DNA of 64,000 nucleotides from Neoconidiobolus thromboides FSU 785 (lineage: Eukaryota; Fungi; Entomophthoromycota), in NCBI GenBank assembly GCA_025603075.1, contig MU626370.1:6034-70033 (forward strand). The letters run 5' to 3'. Below, in pieces: positions 47,734-60,626 of this stretch (the first letter of the stretch is position 1; the number at the start of each line of letters is the position of its first letter). A program made the position numbers and the translations under genes. The notes beneath the pieces were generated by a model. It was not told the DNA's origin. It worked only from the letters and a program-made list of their open reading frames with translations, and did no database searches.

Positions 47734-48348
47734 TCAATAAAATAGCCACTTAACGAGTGAAATAAAGTCCAAGAAAGGGATCATAGCCGCTAATCCAGAC
47801 ATAGCTAAAAAGGTAGCAAAATACAAAGCCCAGATAAGTTGAGAATCTACCCCATTGATAAAGAGGAAGCCCATAACTAAAAGGAAGGGCAGGGAAGCAT
47901 AGGCTAAAAAGTTAAAGAAAACAAATCCTTTTCTAGTGATATTGACGTTATTGGAGCTGTATAAAAATACTGAATAACCAATTTGATAGATTAAATAGAT
48001 TAAAAACCACTTATTCATAGCTGTTGAGTTCTCTTTAGGTGAGGGATTGAAGATCAAAGTGAATAAAATAGAAGAAATAGTTAACGCTATTTGTGCTAAA
48101 GTAATGAATAGATAGCTCGTGTTATTACTTGAGAAGTAGCTTAATTCATGAATGTTGGCTGGTTCTGAGATAGAGCCATAATTGTTTTGAATATCTAACT
48201 GGCGTTGATTACCTCTGAAATGGCTCAGTAAAAAAGTAATAATTGCTAATGGTAAGATATATATCAATGGTAAACTGCTTAGGAATAATGTGAATTCTAC
48301 AATTCCCATGTAGTCATCGTCCTGATTCAGTGTGTATTGTAATTTCAT
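47734..48348 (-). CDS. Hypothetical multi-pass membrane protein
   Basis: 204-aa intronless ORF with ~5-6 hydrophobic segments; no family recognised. Confidence 0.6.
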   Translation of the reverse strand: MKLQYTLNQDDDYMGIVEFTLFLSSLPLIYILPLAIITFLLSHFRGNQRQLDIQNNYGSISEPANIHELSYFSSNNTSYLFITLAQIALTISSILFTLIFNPSPKENSTAMNKWFLIYLIYQIGYSVFLYSSNNVNITRKGFVFFNFLAYASLPFLLVMGFLFINGVDSQLIWALYFATFLAMSGLAAMIPFLDFISLVKWLFY

Positions 48349-48379
48349 TTTAAATTTATCTAAGATGTTAAAATGATGA

Positions 48380-48816
48380 TTATATGGTTTCTGTACTTAT
48401 AGGGGGATTTTGTGTATTCCTGATTAGTAAGTTACTCAATCCCCAAATTATGTCATTTTTATGCGTTCTTACTGGCTTATACTTTTTTATACTTTAGTAC
48501 TTATGCTTAGGATTTTTGTTTATATTTTTTCACAAAATTAAAAAATTGGTTATTTAAGTTTATATGTGACTGTATTTTTGTTTGAGAATTTTGCTACAAT
48601 TTTTCCCACTCAAATAGCACTTAAAAATGGAAAATTAATGAAATAAAAAAAACATCCCCATATGTTGAAAGAGTTCTTATACGGTTTCTGTACTTATAGG
48701 TGGATTTAGTGTATTTCTGATCTGTAATTTACTTCCCAAATTAGGTCATTCTTACGTTTTACGGCTTATACTTTTTATACTCTACTTATTCTTAGGATTT
48801 TTGTTTATATTTTTTC
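48380..48816 (+). repeat. Direct duplication of ~145 bp (48380-48531 and 48677-48816)
   Basis: Both copies: TTATAYGGTTTCTGTACTTATAGG..CCCAAATTA..GGCTTATACTTTTT..CTTAGGATTTTTGTTTATATTTTTTC. Confidence 0.85.
48566..48659. mobile_element. MITE copy between the duplicated segments, TSD ATAT
   Basis: ATAT|GTGACTGTATTTTT...AAAAAAACATCCCC|ATAT. Confidence 0.88.
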
Positions 48817-49852
48817 TATAAATTGAATTGTTTGTTTAAGCTTATATTTAATAAAAGTTTTCATTATATATTTATGGTATCTAAAGAAAACAACGGCATT
48901 TGATAAGTCAATTCTAGATCATACAGTTCTTATAAACATTAATTGTTCTATTTTCCAAGCCTTTATAAATATACATATAAATAGCATCCTTCGACACATA
49001 AGCTAAAAGGCTTGGAAACCCGCCCTTGTGCAGTTTAATGTGTCTTAGCTAATAAAATAAATATTGTAAATTTCAAAAATAGATTAAAAATAAAACTAAT
49101 AATTTGGGTGAATTTAAGTTCTTTTGTAAGTTCTTTTACGTAAAAATATGCTTTTTATTTTCACACTATTTCTAATCAAATTACTACTCTTTCAATATAT
49201 TAAAGATCATAAAAAAGTTGAACCTTGGGTTTTAGTCAATCCAATATACAAAGTTAGTAAACGTCGCCATAGATACGTAACCCCTATAAATAAACTAAGG
49301 TATTACAACAAGCTATAAGAGATTATAGGAATCTAAAGCTAGTTAAAAATAGATTTTGAGAACCCAACAATTAAGCTTGTTAATTTATTACAACAAAAAC
49401 TATCATAAGTTCAAAATATACTGTATTTAAAGAAGTAAAAATATTAATCTTATGGAAGTTATTAATTATTCAATATTAAACTACAGTTAAATTATTTAAT
49501 AAATTAAAAACGTATCCAAATGCTTAACAATTTGATGGATTTTTTGCGATGACGGTTACTTGCTATTAATGTTGTGCTAAATTGGTATACGATTAATAAA
49601 AGATAAAAAATTAAAGAATAATATTTGAGAAGAAAAGTATAATAAACGACAATTAAATATCACCAGGGGCAACTTAATAAAAGGAGACTAGTAAATTTAT
49701 CAAAAACAGAATGGATGAGATTTCATAAAAAAGAATAAACTGAACAAGGGTACCTTTAAAAAAATCCAACTGGGGTACTAACAAACTAAAAACTATAAAA
49801 AAACCGCTTATTTAATATTTTTTTAAAAAAAAACTGAAACTAGAAATACACA

Positions 49853-50986
49853 ATGAAGTTCACTACTAAACTTCTGGTAGGTTTACAAGTGCTCAATTAT
49901 TATGCTCAAACGGATAATAGTCGGTCCAGTGATACTCCTCAAGCTCGTATCATTGGTGGAGAAAAGGTATCTGAACCATGGAAATATCCCTTTATGGTAT
50001 CCTTAAAGAAATCCAATTTTCATTTATGTGGTGGCACTTTATTGAATCAAAATCAAGTAATTACAGCAGCCCATTGTACAGGTACTGTGGATAAGTGGAC
50101 AGTAACTTATGGTATCAATGATTTAACTAAAAAAGAAGGTGAAGAAAGCTATTCTGGGGTCAAAGTCGAAGTAAGAAAAGTAGCTAAAATAGTTCGTCAT
50201 CCAGATTATAATGGAGATACAGATGATAATGATGTAGCTGTCTGGACCTTAGATTCACCATTTAAAAACTTTAAACCAAGTATCAAATTAAATGAAGATG
50301 CTAATATTTATAACAAAAAAGTATTAGTCTTAGGTTGGGGTTTTACTGCTGAGGGTCAAGATCAAGCTACTCGATTTTTAAATCAAGCCTTTATTACTTT
50401 GTTCCCTCAATCTCAATGTAAAGATTTGTATAAAAATATGAAGCTTCGATCTTATGATAGTAAGAAACATCTATGTGCTGGTGAACTTACCGGGGCTAAA
50501 GATGCATGCCAAGGTGATTCTGGTGGTCCATTAATCCTTGCTGATACAATGGAATTGGTTGGTATCACCAGCTATGGCATTGGTTGTGGTCGTAAAGAAC
50601 GTCCTGGTATTTATACTAATCTTTTAGAATATTCTGCATTTATTAAAGAAAATTTGATGAATAATAACACCGATAAACCTAGTGAATCTATTCAACCTAG
50701 TCAAACTACCCAAACTATCCAAACTACTCAGTCTACTCAATCCACACAACTTACTCAAACTAGTAAAAGTACCCTCACTGCTGCCCCAACCGCAACAAAA
50801 CCAAAACCACAAACAGCATTTTCTACCCAATGGTTTACTATGGGTCCAAGACCAACTCGAATTAATGATGATCCATGGAGGAATCTACCCAATGGATGGG
50901 AGGTTCGAACTGTACCATTAGTACAAGCCCAGCCAACTTATTATTATCCACAACAACAACCTCAATACTATTATTATTATTATTAG
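49853..50986 (+). CDS. Secreted trypsin-like serine protease (S1A) with Thr/Gln linker and Tyr-rich tail
   Basis: R|IIGG activation site, CGGTL, TAAHC, DNDVAV, DACQGDSGGP (S1 Asp = trypsin specificity). Confidence 0.95.
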   Translation: MKFTTKLLVGLQVLNYYAQTDNSRSSDTPQARIIGGEKVSEPWKYPFMVSLKKSNFHLCGGTLLNQNQVITAAHCTGTVDKWTVTYGINDLTKKEGEESYSGVKVEVRKVAKIVRHPDYNGDTDDNDVAVWTLDSPFKNFKPSIKLNEDANIYNKKVLVLGWGFTAEGQDQATRFLNQAFITLFPQSQCKDLYKNMKLRSYDSKKHLCAGELTGAKDACQGDSGGPLILADTMELVGITSYGIGCGRKERPGIYTNLLEYSAFIKENLMNNNTDKPSESIQPSQTTQTIQTTQSTQSTQLTQTSKSTLTAAPTATKPKPQTAFSTQWFTMGPRPTRINDDPWRNLPNGWEVRTVPLVQAQPTYYYPQQQPQYYYYYY

Positions 50987-51469
50987 TTTCTAGTTTTTTA
51001 ATTAAACTATAAAATAGGATTTTAGAGGTTATATATACGTTTTTTTTTCTAATTGAATAGCTGTGCTTTTTATTAATAAATATTTTTGAATTTTAGTTAC
51101 TTATTGATTTTATTAGCATTACTTTCTTTATTTTATTAAATATTGAGTATTAGACCATGACCTAATACCAGATTAATATATTTTTATATTGAGGCTACTA
51201 CTTCTAAAAGACAGTGATGCTCGTTTAGCAAGCCCAAAGCTCAAATTTTGCCTTATTCAACTTGATATTAAAGTACTTTAAGTTAAGAATGAAGAAAAGT
51301 AATGATAAAACCCTATCTTCAAAATGAGATAAAGCTTTAAATAAAGCACTATAAGATATTATTGGATAATTCAATCCTAATAAAGACACTGTACTGAAAT
51401 AGCAGCCTAATAAAGATGTTAAAGAAGACCAAAATGGACATCCAAAATTATGAAAAAGTAACATTATAT

Positions 51470-51500
51470 GGCGATGTATTTTTTGTCTAAGGATTTTAAT
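51470..51500. mobile_element. MITE end fragment
   Basis: ATAT|GGCGATGTATTTTTTGTCTAAGGATTTTA only. Confidence 0.5.
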
Positions 51501-51649
51501 GGTATTATTTTTATTGTTATTCAGTTAAATTAACAAGTGGGGACTAGTATATTAAAATTTACAAATTAAAATACTGTTTTTTTGGTTGTTTAATTTTATG
51601 CTAAGCACCTGAAATTAAAAAATTAGATAAAAAAAATCTCTCAAAAATT

Positions 51650-51721
51650 GGGCTCAGCAGGGAATTGAACCCTGGACCTCTCGCACCCAAAGCGAGAATC
51701 ATACCACTAGACCACTAAGCC
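51650..51721 (-). tRNA. tRNA-Pro(TGG)
   Basis: Minus strand GGCTTAGTGGTCTAGTGGTATGATTCTCGCTTTGGGTGCGAGAGGTCCAGGGTTCAATTCCCTGCTGAGCCC. Confidence 0.97.
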
Positions 51722-51882
51722 ATTTCGGTATTAAGGTGGATAAAGCACAAATAATATATAAAATTAATTAAAATTAATAAAAAGTTATTAAAACAAGTAT
51801 TTTTCGAAAAGATTGATTTACAGAAAAGTAAAAACACAAAATTATAACCTTTTTAAATAAATTTGAATTTTCAGAAGGAAAG

Positions 51883-54112
51883 ATGAATAAAAGAAAGGAC
51901 AATTTTACACAAGTTGAAGAGCCAGCTAAACAGATCAAACGAGATAGTAAAATATTAATTCAATTTGAAAATAATGAGGGTAGTAAATTAGCTAATACAT
52001 TAAATTTAAATTGTGATATTGGACCCCAAGGGTTAAATTTAATATTAAATCAGTTATTGGAAAATGTAAGTTTGATTAGTTGGTTTTTCATAATTTGCGC
52101 TTTAGTTTATAAAAGAAAAAAAGCAATATCTATCAATCGACAATGTACATGTTTTTTGTTAACTTAATATTAATAGGAAGAACCTTTACCTTATTTATTT
52201 AAAGTTGGTGAAGATGAAGTTAGTACTAGTATTTTAGAAGATATATTGCAAAAAAATAAAAAAGGATTAGAAGATACTATTACTATATTGTATCAGCCAC
52301 AAGCCATATTTAAAGTTAAACCAGTCACACGATGTAGTTCGACTTTAAATGGTAAGTAAAACTATCTTTATTTTATAGCTATTGCTTGTTTAAATAATTG
52401 TTTTTTATCTATTTAAACTAATTTTGTTGAATTAATGATCTCATTCTCTTAATTTTAGGTCATACCGAAGCCATTTTAACATTGAAATTTAGTCCAGATG
52501 GCAAATATTTAGCTACTGGAAGTGGAGATACCACTATTCGATTATGGGATTTAGCTACAGATACCCCCAAACAATGCTTACAAGGTCATAAAAGTTGGGT
52601 ATTAATGTTGGAATGGTCACCGGATGGTAATTATTTAGCTAGTGGTGGGATGGATAATACGGTAAGTTTTAAGATAGGATTTGGAGTTTATTTCTACAGC
52701 GGAATGATGTATTAATAAGAATATTTTAATCTAGGTAATTGTTTGGGACATTCAAAATGAATGTAAAAAAATGGAATTAAAGGGTCATCGTAAATGGGTG
52801 AGCGATTTAGCTTGGGAACCCTATCATATGTAAGTGATTATTATATCATTTGTATTATTTAATTGTTTAGCTTTATAATTTATTTTTAATTTATTTTTAA
52901 TTTATTTTTAATTATAGTAATTCCAAAACCCCACGATTAGCTTCAGGGTCTAAAGATGGTACTATACGTGTATGGAATCCTATTAATAAAACTACCATAT
53001 TTACTTTGTCTGGACATACTTCAAGTGTTACTTGTATTAAATGGGGTGGAGGAGGATTAAACTCTAGCTATAAAAAAGGGGTTATTTATTCCGCTTCTCA
53101 AGATAGAAGCATTAAACTTTGGTGTGGGGAAACAGTAAGTAATATTAAAATTATTTTATTGTTTTAGTTTCAGTTTTGTTAATAGAATGGATGAAAAAAC
53201 AAAATGTTAATCAATATATATATCTAGTTATTTATATTTTTATTTAGGGCAAATTAATTACTTCATTAGATGGTCATGCCCATTGGGTTAATTCATTAGC
53301 CTTATCAACGGATTTTGTATTAAGAACAGGTCCCTTTGATCATCATTGTCGTAAATTAGAAACAATTGAAAATGGTAAATTGAATTGAATTGAGTTTATA
53401 TAGTTATTTTATTAAATATTGAATTTTTTATTTTAGCACCTAAAGTAGCACTAGAGAGATATGAACAATGTTTAAAAGACCAAGGAATTAAAGAAGAAAT
53501 TTTAGTTTCTGGTTCCGATGATTTTACAATGTACCTTTGGAATCCGTTTAAAAATAATAAACCAATTCAAAGAATGACTGGTAATTTAATAATAACAATA
53601 ATAATACTATAATTAATTATTAATTAATTTTTTAGGCCATCAAAAATTGATTAATCAAGTTCAATTCTCACCTGATGGTCGATATATTGCATCTGCTTCC
53701 TTTGATAAAAGTATTAAATTATGGGATGGTAAAACTGGAAAGTAAGATTATTATTATTATTATTTTATATAATGACAATATACTAATCTCTACTTTATTT
53801 TATTAGTTTCATCCATAATTTACGTAGTCATGTACAATCCGTTTATCAATTAGCATTTTCTTCAGATTCTAGATTAATAATTTCTTGTTCTAAAGATTCC
53901 ACTGCTAAAATATTTGATTTGAAATCTTCTAATGTTAAAGTTCATTTACCTGGGCATTTAGATGAAGTTTATACAATTGATTGGTCACCTAAAGGTGATA
54001 AAGTAGCTTCTGGGGGTAAAGATAAATTGTTAAAAATGTAAGTTTTATATTACATACTTCTTGTAATATATGAATATTAATTGCTTTCTATTATTTTAGA
54101 TGGAGAAATTAA
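51883..54112 (+). CDS. RSA4: Notchless/Rsa4 WD40 ribosome assembly factor, many short introns
   Basis: NLE domain ([23 protein letters not shown]), [17 protein letters not shown] repeats ([21 protein letters not shown]), ends LLKIWRN*. Confidence 0.92.
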
Positions 54113-54319
54113 ATCACTAAATAGAATTGTTAAAGTATTGATTTAATAAAAATATATAATAGAATATTAAAATAGAATATTAAAATAGAATTAAAATTAA
54201 AATTATTTATTTAAATAAAAATAAAATGAAAATAATTATATTTTAAATTTATATTTTTATTATATATTATATAAGGTGTTTTTTTATAAAAAAAAGTTAA
54301 AGAAATAGTTGAGAAGAGA

Positions 54320-56200
54320 TTAATGAGCCCAATCATAAGATTTTTCAACAGCTTGATTCCATTTTTTAAATTTAGAATCTCTAGCTTCTTGATCAATTTT
54401 AGCTTCAAACTTATTAACACCAAAGTTGTTAACTTCATTCAAATGTTCTAAATCCTTATAAATACCCAAAGCTAAACCAGCAGCGACAGCAGCACCTAAA
54501 GCAGAAGTTTCTCTCATAGCAGGACGAACAACAGGAATACCCAATAAATCAGCTTGAATTTGCATACATTCATCACTATTGGTCATACCACCATCAACCA
54601 TTAAACTAGTTAATTCTTGTTGACTATCTTTATTCATTGCTTCTAAAATAGCTCTTGTTTGGAAACAGGTAGCTTCTAAAGCAGCACGTGCTAAATGATG
54701 TTTAGTTGCATATTGAGTTAAACCTAAGATACAGCCTCTTGCATCAGTACGCCAATATGGGGCTAACAAACCAGAAAAGGCAGTAACAAAATAAACACCT
54801 GCAGTATCTTCAACTTGTTTAGCTAGTTCACCAATTTGTGGTGCAGTTTGAATGATATTTAAATTATCTCTTAACCATTTAATAGCAGATCCAGCAACAG
54901 CTACTGAACCTTCTAATGCATAAACAGCAGGTTGATTACCAAATTTATAACCTAAAGTAGTTAATAATCCATTGCTAGAGAAAGTGGGTTTTTCACCAGT
55001 ATTGAATAACATAAAACATCCAGTGCCATAAGTATTTTTAGCAGTTCCTGGAGTAAAACATTTTTGACCAACAAAAGCAGCTTGTTGGTCTCCTAATACA
55101 CCAGCAATAGGAATACCATTCAATTTACTTTCAGATCCAAAAGTACAGTAAGTTTCACTACTAGACAAAATTGATGGTAATATAGATTGTGGAAATTGGA
55201 AGAATTCTAGTAATTTTTCATCCCATTTTAAAGTATGAATATTCATTAAACACATTCTTGATGCATTAGTAACATCAGTTACATGAATTGGTTTACGATT
55301 ATCTCCTAAGGAATATTGCTATAAAAAAATAATACATATATTAATAAATGTTATATTATATTATAAGTGTATTAACTTACGTAAATTAACCAAGAATCAA
55401 TAGTACCAACCATTAAATTATCATTATCTAAAGCTTGTTTAACAGCTTCGCTATTCTCAATTAACCAACGAATCTTTAAAGCAGAAAAATAAGTAGAAAT
55501 AGGTAAACCACATAATTTCTATAAAAATATAAAATAAAAGGATTAGTAAATATATGAAAATGTTATTATTATTATTCTTATTTACTTGTAATTCTTTTTC
55601 ATTATAGCTATCTTGATATTTTTCAACTAAAGCTTGAGTACGACCATCACACCATACTAGTTAATTATTTAATTAAACAATTTAATGTTATTATAATATT
55701 AATAACTTACCAATGGCATTATGTAATGGTTTATGTGTAGTTTTATCCCAAGCAACTAAAGTTTCTCTTTGATTAGTAATACCAACACCTAGTTAAATTA
55801 AAAGTTAATATCAATATAATATATAATATAATGAACTCTACCTTTTAAATCTTTAATATCTAAACCCATTCTAATAAACATATCAATAGCTTCATCAATA
55901 CAATTATTAACACTATCAACAATCACCATAGGATCATGCTCTACCCAACTAATAATAATAAAGTAAATATTAATAACTATATTATAATGATAATAACAAT
56001 AATAATAATATTATTATTATTATTATTTTATTTTTATTTTTATTTTTAACTTACCTAGCTTGTAAACAAATTTGATCAAATTCTTTTTGAGCCATAACAA
56101 CTACTTTACCATTTTTATCAAAGATAATAAAACGAGAAGAGGAAGTGCCTTGATCAATTGCACCTAAGAAAGGGGCTTCAAAATTCTGAATTTTTTCCAT
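54320..56200 (-). CDS. GUT1: Glycerol kinase, spliced
   Basis: [54 protein letters not shown]. The ORF-track start at 56248 is GTG; the first ATG is at 56200. Confidence 0.95.
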
Positions 56201-57460
56201 AATATAGTTAAAGTTAGTTTCTAATTTATTAAAAAAGTTTTTATCCACGATAAGTTCAACTCACTTTATTTATATTACTTTTTATTAGCTCTCTTTATTA
56301 TTCTTATAAATTTAAGCAATGGTTTCAATATCACCTGCTTTCTCCCACGGCATCGATAACCTTGAGTAATCTATTGGAAGTTATATCCCCTTCTCGATGT
56401 TTATTGGCGCTTGAATTTCGAAGTTGAATTTTAGATCAGATGATACTTCTATTTATAGCCATTATTCAATGAAAGCACAAAACTTAACCAATCAATTCAA
56501 GACTTGTGTATGCCAATCAAAGTTGAAGTGAATAGAAACATCAAATTATTCATTTAATAACAACATTAATCCATTTTAAACTCAATATAGTTTGTGGTGA
56601 GCTTATTCTAGATGGAAATGGCTTATATTTTTGGTAAATTTAAGTTAACATATAGGTTCTAAAGAAGTTGAATGTTTATTATTTGTTTGGAAGTGTTATG
56701 CGTTACTTAAGGTTCAATTTTAAAATAATTTATGTTGTGTCGTGTGATATTAGTTTGAAATTAATATTCAAATGTTTTTATGGATTTTAAAGTTTTTTTA
56801 ATAGGAGAATGCTCAATTTTTTTACATTTTTAAGAACTAAATTATGGTTTTTCTCATCTGATAGTTAAAGTTTGAAGAATTGTAGGAATCGTTTTTTATT
56901 TCGAAATTTTAGTTAGTATAAAAGATGAGCAAAAAGCTTAAATTTTATTTAACTCTAACAAAACTTCATAGTATCAAAATTAGTCTTTATTTTATAATAA
57001 AAAATAAATGAAGTTTTTTAAGTTTAGCTTATCTTTATAATAATAACAAAAGCCTTAATCCATAAAATTATAGTTAAGTTTGTTGAATACTTTAATAGAA
57101 AACAATTCTTGATAAAAATTTCAATTTTTATCAAATAGAATAAAAAAGATTAAAATAAAATGGAATTAAAAAAACATTTACTTTATATTGACAATAAAAC
57201 TTCACAATATCCAAATCAGTATTGATTTTGTTAAAGAACAAATGTATGATCTTAGGTAAAATCTATTGTTATTTCAATATAATCTTGAAATCTATTAATT
57301 TATGATCTATATTCACCTGATGGTTAAAATCCCAATCAAATGAAATTCATAGTGAAGAATATTATTTCGAAGATTTAAATAGTTCGAAAAATAAACAAAG
57401 AATTAAATTAAAATCACTTCACTTCTATATACTAAATAGGATATTAAAATAAAAATACAA

Positions 57461-57532
57461 CTTCCTCACGGGGAATCGAACCCCGGCCGTTCCGGTGAAA
57501 GCGGAAAATCCTAACCACTGGACCATGAAGAA
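57461..57532 (-). tRNA. tRNA-Glu(TTC)
   Basis: Minus strand TTCTTCATGGTCCAGTGGTTAGGATTTTCCGCTTTCACCGGAACGGCCGGGGTTCGATTCCCCGTGAGGAAG. Confidence 0.96.
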
Positions 57533-57794
57533 CGTTTTATTCGTTGTATATCATGTGATAGTAACTATAATAAATATTTGTAAAATCAGTTTTTATACTA
57601 AGGATATTTTAATTTGAACCTAAAGTTTAGGTAAAATTCAAATTCAAAGATAAATTATTCACCAGATTAATCTGATGACTTAATATCATTTAAAAAAATA
57701 AATTTCAATTCAGTTCTTAAAGTTTTAATTCAGTTCAATTCAGTTTATTTAATCTATTATAAAAAAAGTATATTATTAACCACCAACAATAAAA

Positions 57795-58691
57795 ATGCAA
57801 GCTTTACCTCCAATCCAAAGATTATCACCCTCTGTTATAAGAATTCTAGGTCTTAACCCAGGTCCATTTACTTTACAAGGAACTAATACTTACCTTATTG
57901 GGAATTCGAAATATCGAATTTTATTAGATACTGGAGAAGGTAAATCTGAGTATTTACCTTTACTAGATAGCATATTAAAACAAGAGAAATGTGAAATTAG
58001 CAAAATAGTATTGACTCATTATCATCATGATCATGTAGGTGGAGTGAAGGGAATTTTAGAGTATTTTAAAGGAAAAGAGATACAAGTATTGAAAAAGATT
58101 GATAAGGAAAAAGATGAAGGGATAATGGAATATTTAACCGAGATTGGGAAGGAAGTGAAGGTGGAGGGAGTTACATTGAAAACAATTGATACACCAGGAC
58201 ATACGGAAGATCATCAATGCTTTTATTTTCTAGAAGAAAAAAACCTTTTTTCTGGGGATTGTGTGTTGGGTAATGGTACTACTATTTTTACCGATTTAGC
58301 TAAATATTTGAACTCATTGGAAAAACTGTTGAATATGGAAGACAGAATTAATAGTATTTATCCTGCTCATGGCGAATTCGTTGAAGATGGTAGAGAAAAG
58401 ATTCAAGAGTATATTGAACATCGTATTGAAAGAGAAAATCAAATCATTGAAATATTAAAGGGAGAAGTTAACTCAGTTAAACCTATAAAAGTTAATGGGA
58501 AATATGCTTATTTTGGCTATGATATTGTTAAATTTTTATATAAAAGTTATCCCAAAGAAGTTTATTTACCAGCTTTTAAATTGATCAATTTGCATTTACA
58601 AAAATTATTAGGTGAAAACAAAGTGGAGAAAATTATTGTCGATAAACCTGAAGATGAATTGTATTCTATTGGTTGGAAATGGGTTAATTAA
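57795..58691 (+). CDS. LACTB2-like metallo-beta-lactamase-fold protein
   Basis: RILGLNPGPFTLQGTNTYLIG, THYHHDHVGG, TPGHTEDH, FSGDCVLG, YPAHG. Confidence 0.92.
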   Translation: MQALPPIQRLSPSVIRILGLNPGPFTLQGTNTYLIGNSKYRILLDTGEGKSEYLPLLDSILKQEKCEISKIVLTHYHHDHVGGVKGILEYFKGKEIQVLKKIDKEKDEGIMEYLTEIGKEVKVEGVTLKTIDTPGHTEDHQCFYFLEEKNLFSGDCVLGNGTTIFTDLAKYLNSLEKLLNMEDRINSIYPAHGEFVEDGREKIQEYIEHRIERENQIIEILKGEVNSVKPIKVNGKYAYFGYDIVKFLYKSYPKEVYLPAFKLINLHLQKLLGENKVEKIIVDKPEDELYSIGWKWVN

Positions 58692-58796
58692 AGTTATTAT
58701 ATATATACTATTAATATATGTGAATTAACCTTATTTATAATATGATTATTGAAATAAAATAAAATCTTTTATTTATTTTATATAAAAATAATTGAT

Positions 58797-60130
58797 TTAT
58801 TTAAGTGCTTTTTGTAATAATTTTTCAGCCTCTTCTAAATCTTCTGGATCAAGTCTAGTAACATGTCTACCTAAAGTAGTTTGAACATATTGCATAACTT
58901 GAAATGATTGAGGACTGGAAATAAAATTAATAGCTACTCCAGATTTACCAAATCGACCAGTACGTCCAATACGATGAAGATAAGTAGCGTAGTCGGGTCT
59001 TGGTGGCCTTCCTTTTTCAACAATTACTGGCATATCATAATTAATCACTAAATTCACTTGTGATATATCAATTCCTCTAGCTACTAAATTAGTAGTTACC
59101 ATGACTTTAGCTTCTCCAGAACGGAATAAATCAATCATACGATCTCTTTCGTCACTCATCAAATCACCATGTAATGCAATGACTTTATATCCATTTTTAG
59201 TCATTGTTCTTGCTATTCTATCTGCTGCTCTTTTAGACTAAAAATACAAAAATAAAATTAAACAATTAAATCATAATATTGAATTAACCTACATTAACAA
59301 AGATGATGGATTGTCCGATTGTCATGAGTTGATAAAGATCCACTAACATGCTATCTCTCTCTTCATTGTCATTGCAATCCAAGTAAAATTGTTTAATAGC
59401 ATCAATCGAAAGTTCAACTGCTTTCAAACGAATTTCATTTGCATTAGGAGCAAAGGTTTCAGCAAATTCAATTACTTCTGTTGGGAAAGTAGCTGAAAAT
59501 AATACATATTGACACAATTTATTTTTTAAGCTTCTCTTTACTTGGGAACAATGCAGTTTTAATCCTTGTAATTCTAACATATTATCTGCTTCATCTAATA
59601 CCAATATCTTTACATGCCTTGTATTAAGTAACCTCTTTTCAATCAATGATTTAGTTGTCCCTGGTGTTCCAATTACAATATGGCTTTTAATTGGACTCTT
59701 TACTTTCATATTCTCATCCCGAATAGCAAATCCTATCTCGGCCTTTGTGAATTGTCCCATCTCTTTAGCTACATCCATAATCTGTCTTGCTAATTCTCTA
59801 GAAGGTGCTAAACAAATTGCCTATTCAATTAGTTACCTGTCAATATCTCTCTATCTATAGTATAGAATATTATTTACCTGTACGTCATCAATACTATAAT
59901 CAATTTTAGATAACATAGTAAGTACAAAAGCAGCTGTTTTCCCAGTACCAGATTGACTTTGACCAATCATATTTTTAGATCTAAAAATTTAGTTAATTAA
60001 GTTAATATATATATATATTTGGCTAATAATTACTGTTGGTTAATTAAAAGAGGAAGGGCGCGTTCTTGAATTTTAGATGGTTTTGTATAACCCATACTAT
60101 AAACACCTTTTAATAACTCTGGGGATCTAA

Positions 60131-60165
<35 letters not shown>

Positions 60166-60626
60166 ATAGTATAATTTTACAATCCTAATTCATCAAAGCT
60201 TTTAGCAGAGTATAATGGAGAACTCAAATCAGCTTGTTGATCAGCTAATTTAACTTCAACTCGATTTTCCAATTGATGTAATAAATCGATCTTTGCTTTT
60301 TCGTCTTCTTCGTCTTCTTGGTACTCTCCTATTTGTTCAGTCTCTTCATCTTCATCCTCATCTTCATCTTGTTCTTTTTTATCATTTTCAAATAGTTTAT
60401 CATCAGTAGTCTTGGAAACTTTTAAGTAAAATTTAAATATGTAAAACCAAAATAAAATAAATGAACTACCTCCATTTTTTATGTTAACTTGATCTAAAAG
60501 GTTACTGACTTCATCAACATCTTTCGAATCTTTACGTTCCTTATTATTTTCCTCAAACAGAGCCTCTTTTTTAATTTCTTCTTCCTTCTTTTCGGTTATT
60601 TTAATATCTGCTACTTTTTCTGACAT
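58797..60626 (-). CDS. DBP5: DEAD-box RNA helicase Dbp5/DDX19, spliced
   Basis: [57 protein letters not shown]. Confidence 0.95.

Noticed and set aside
51290-51465. Apparent pseudogene with stops interpretable as C-to-T (RIP-like) changes
   Set aside because: Every stop codon can be read as a C-to-T product, so the pattern carries no evidence.
56201-56248. GTG-initiated N-terminal extension of glycerol kinase
   Set aside because: Closed by an in-frame TGA just upstream; the region looks like a 5'UTR intron (GTGAGT donor, ACTAAC branch).
60129-60165. (ATT)n microsatellites in introns (also ~55990-56050)
   Set aside because: Ordinary slippage repeats.
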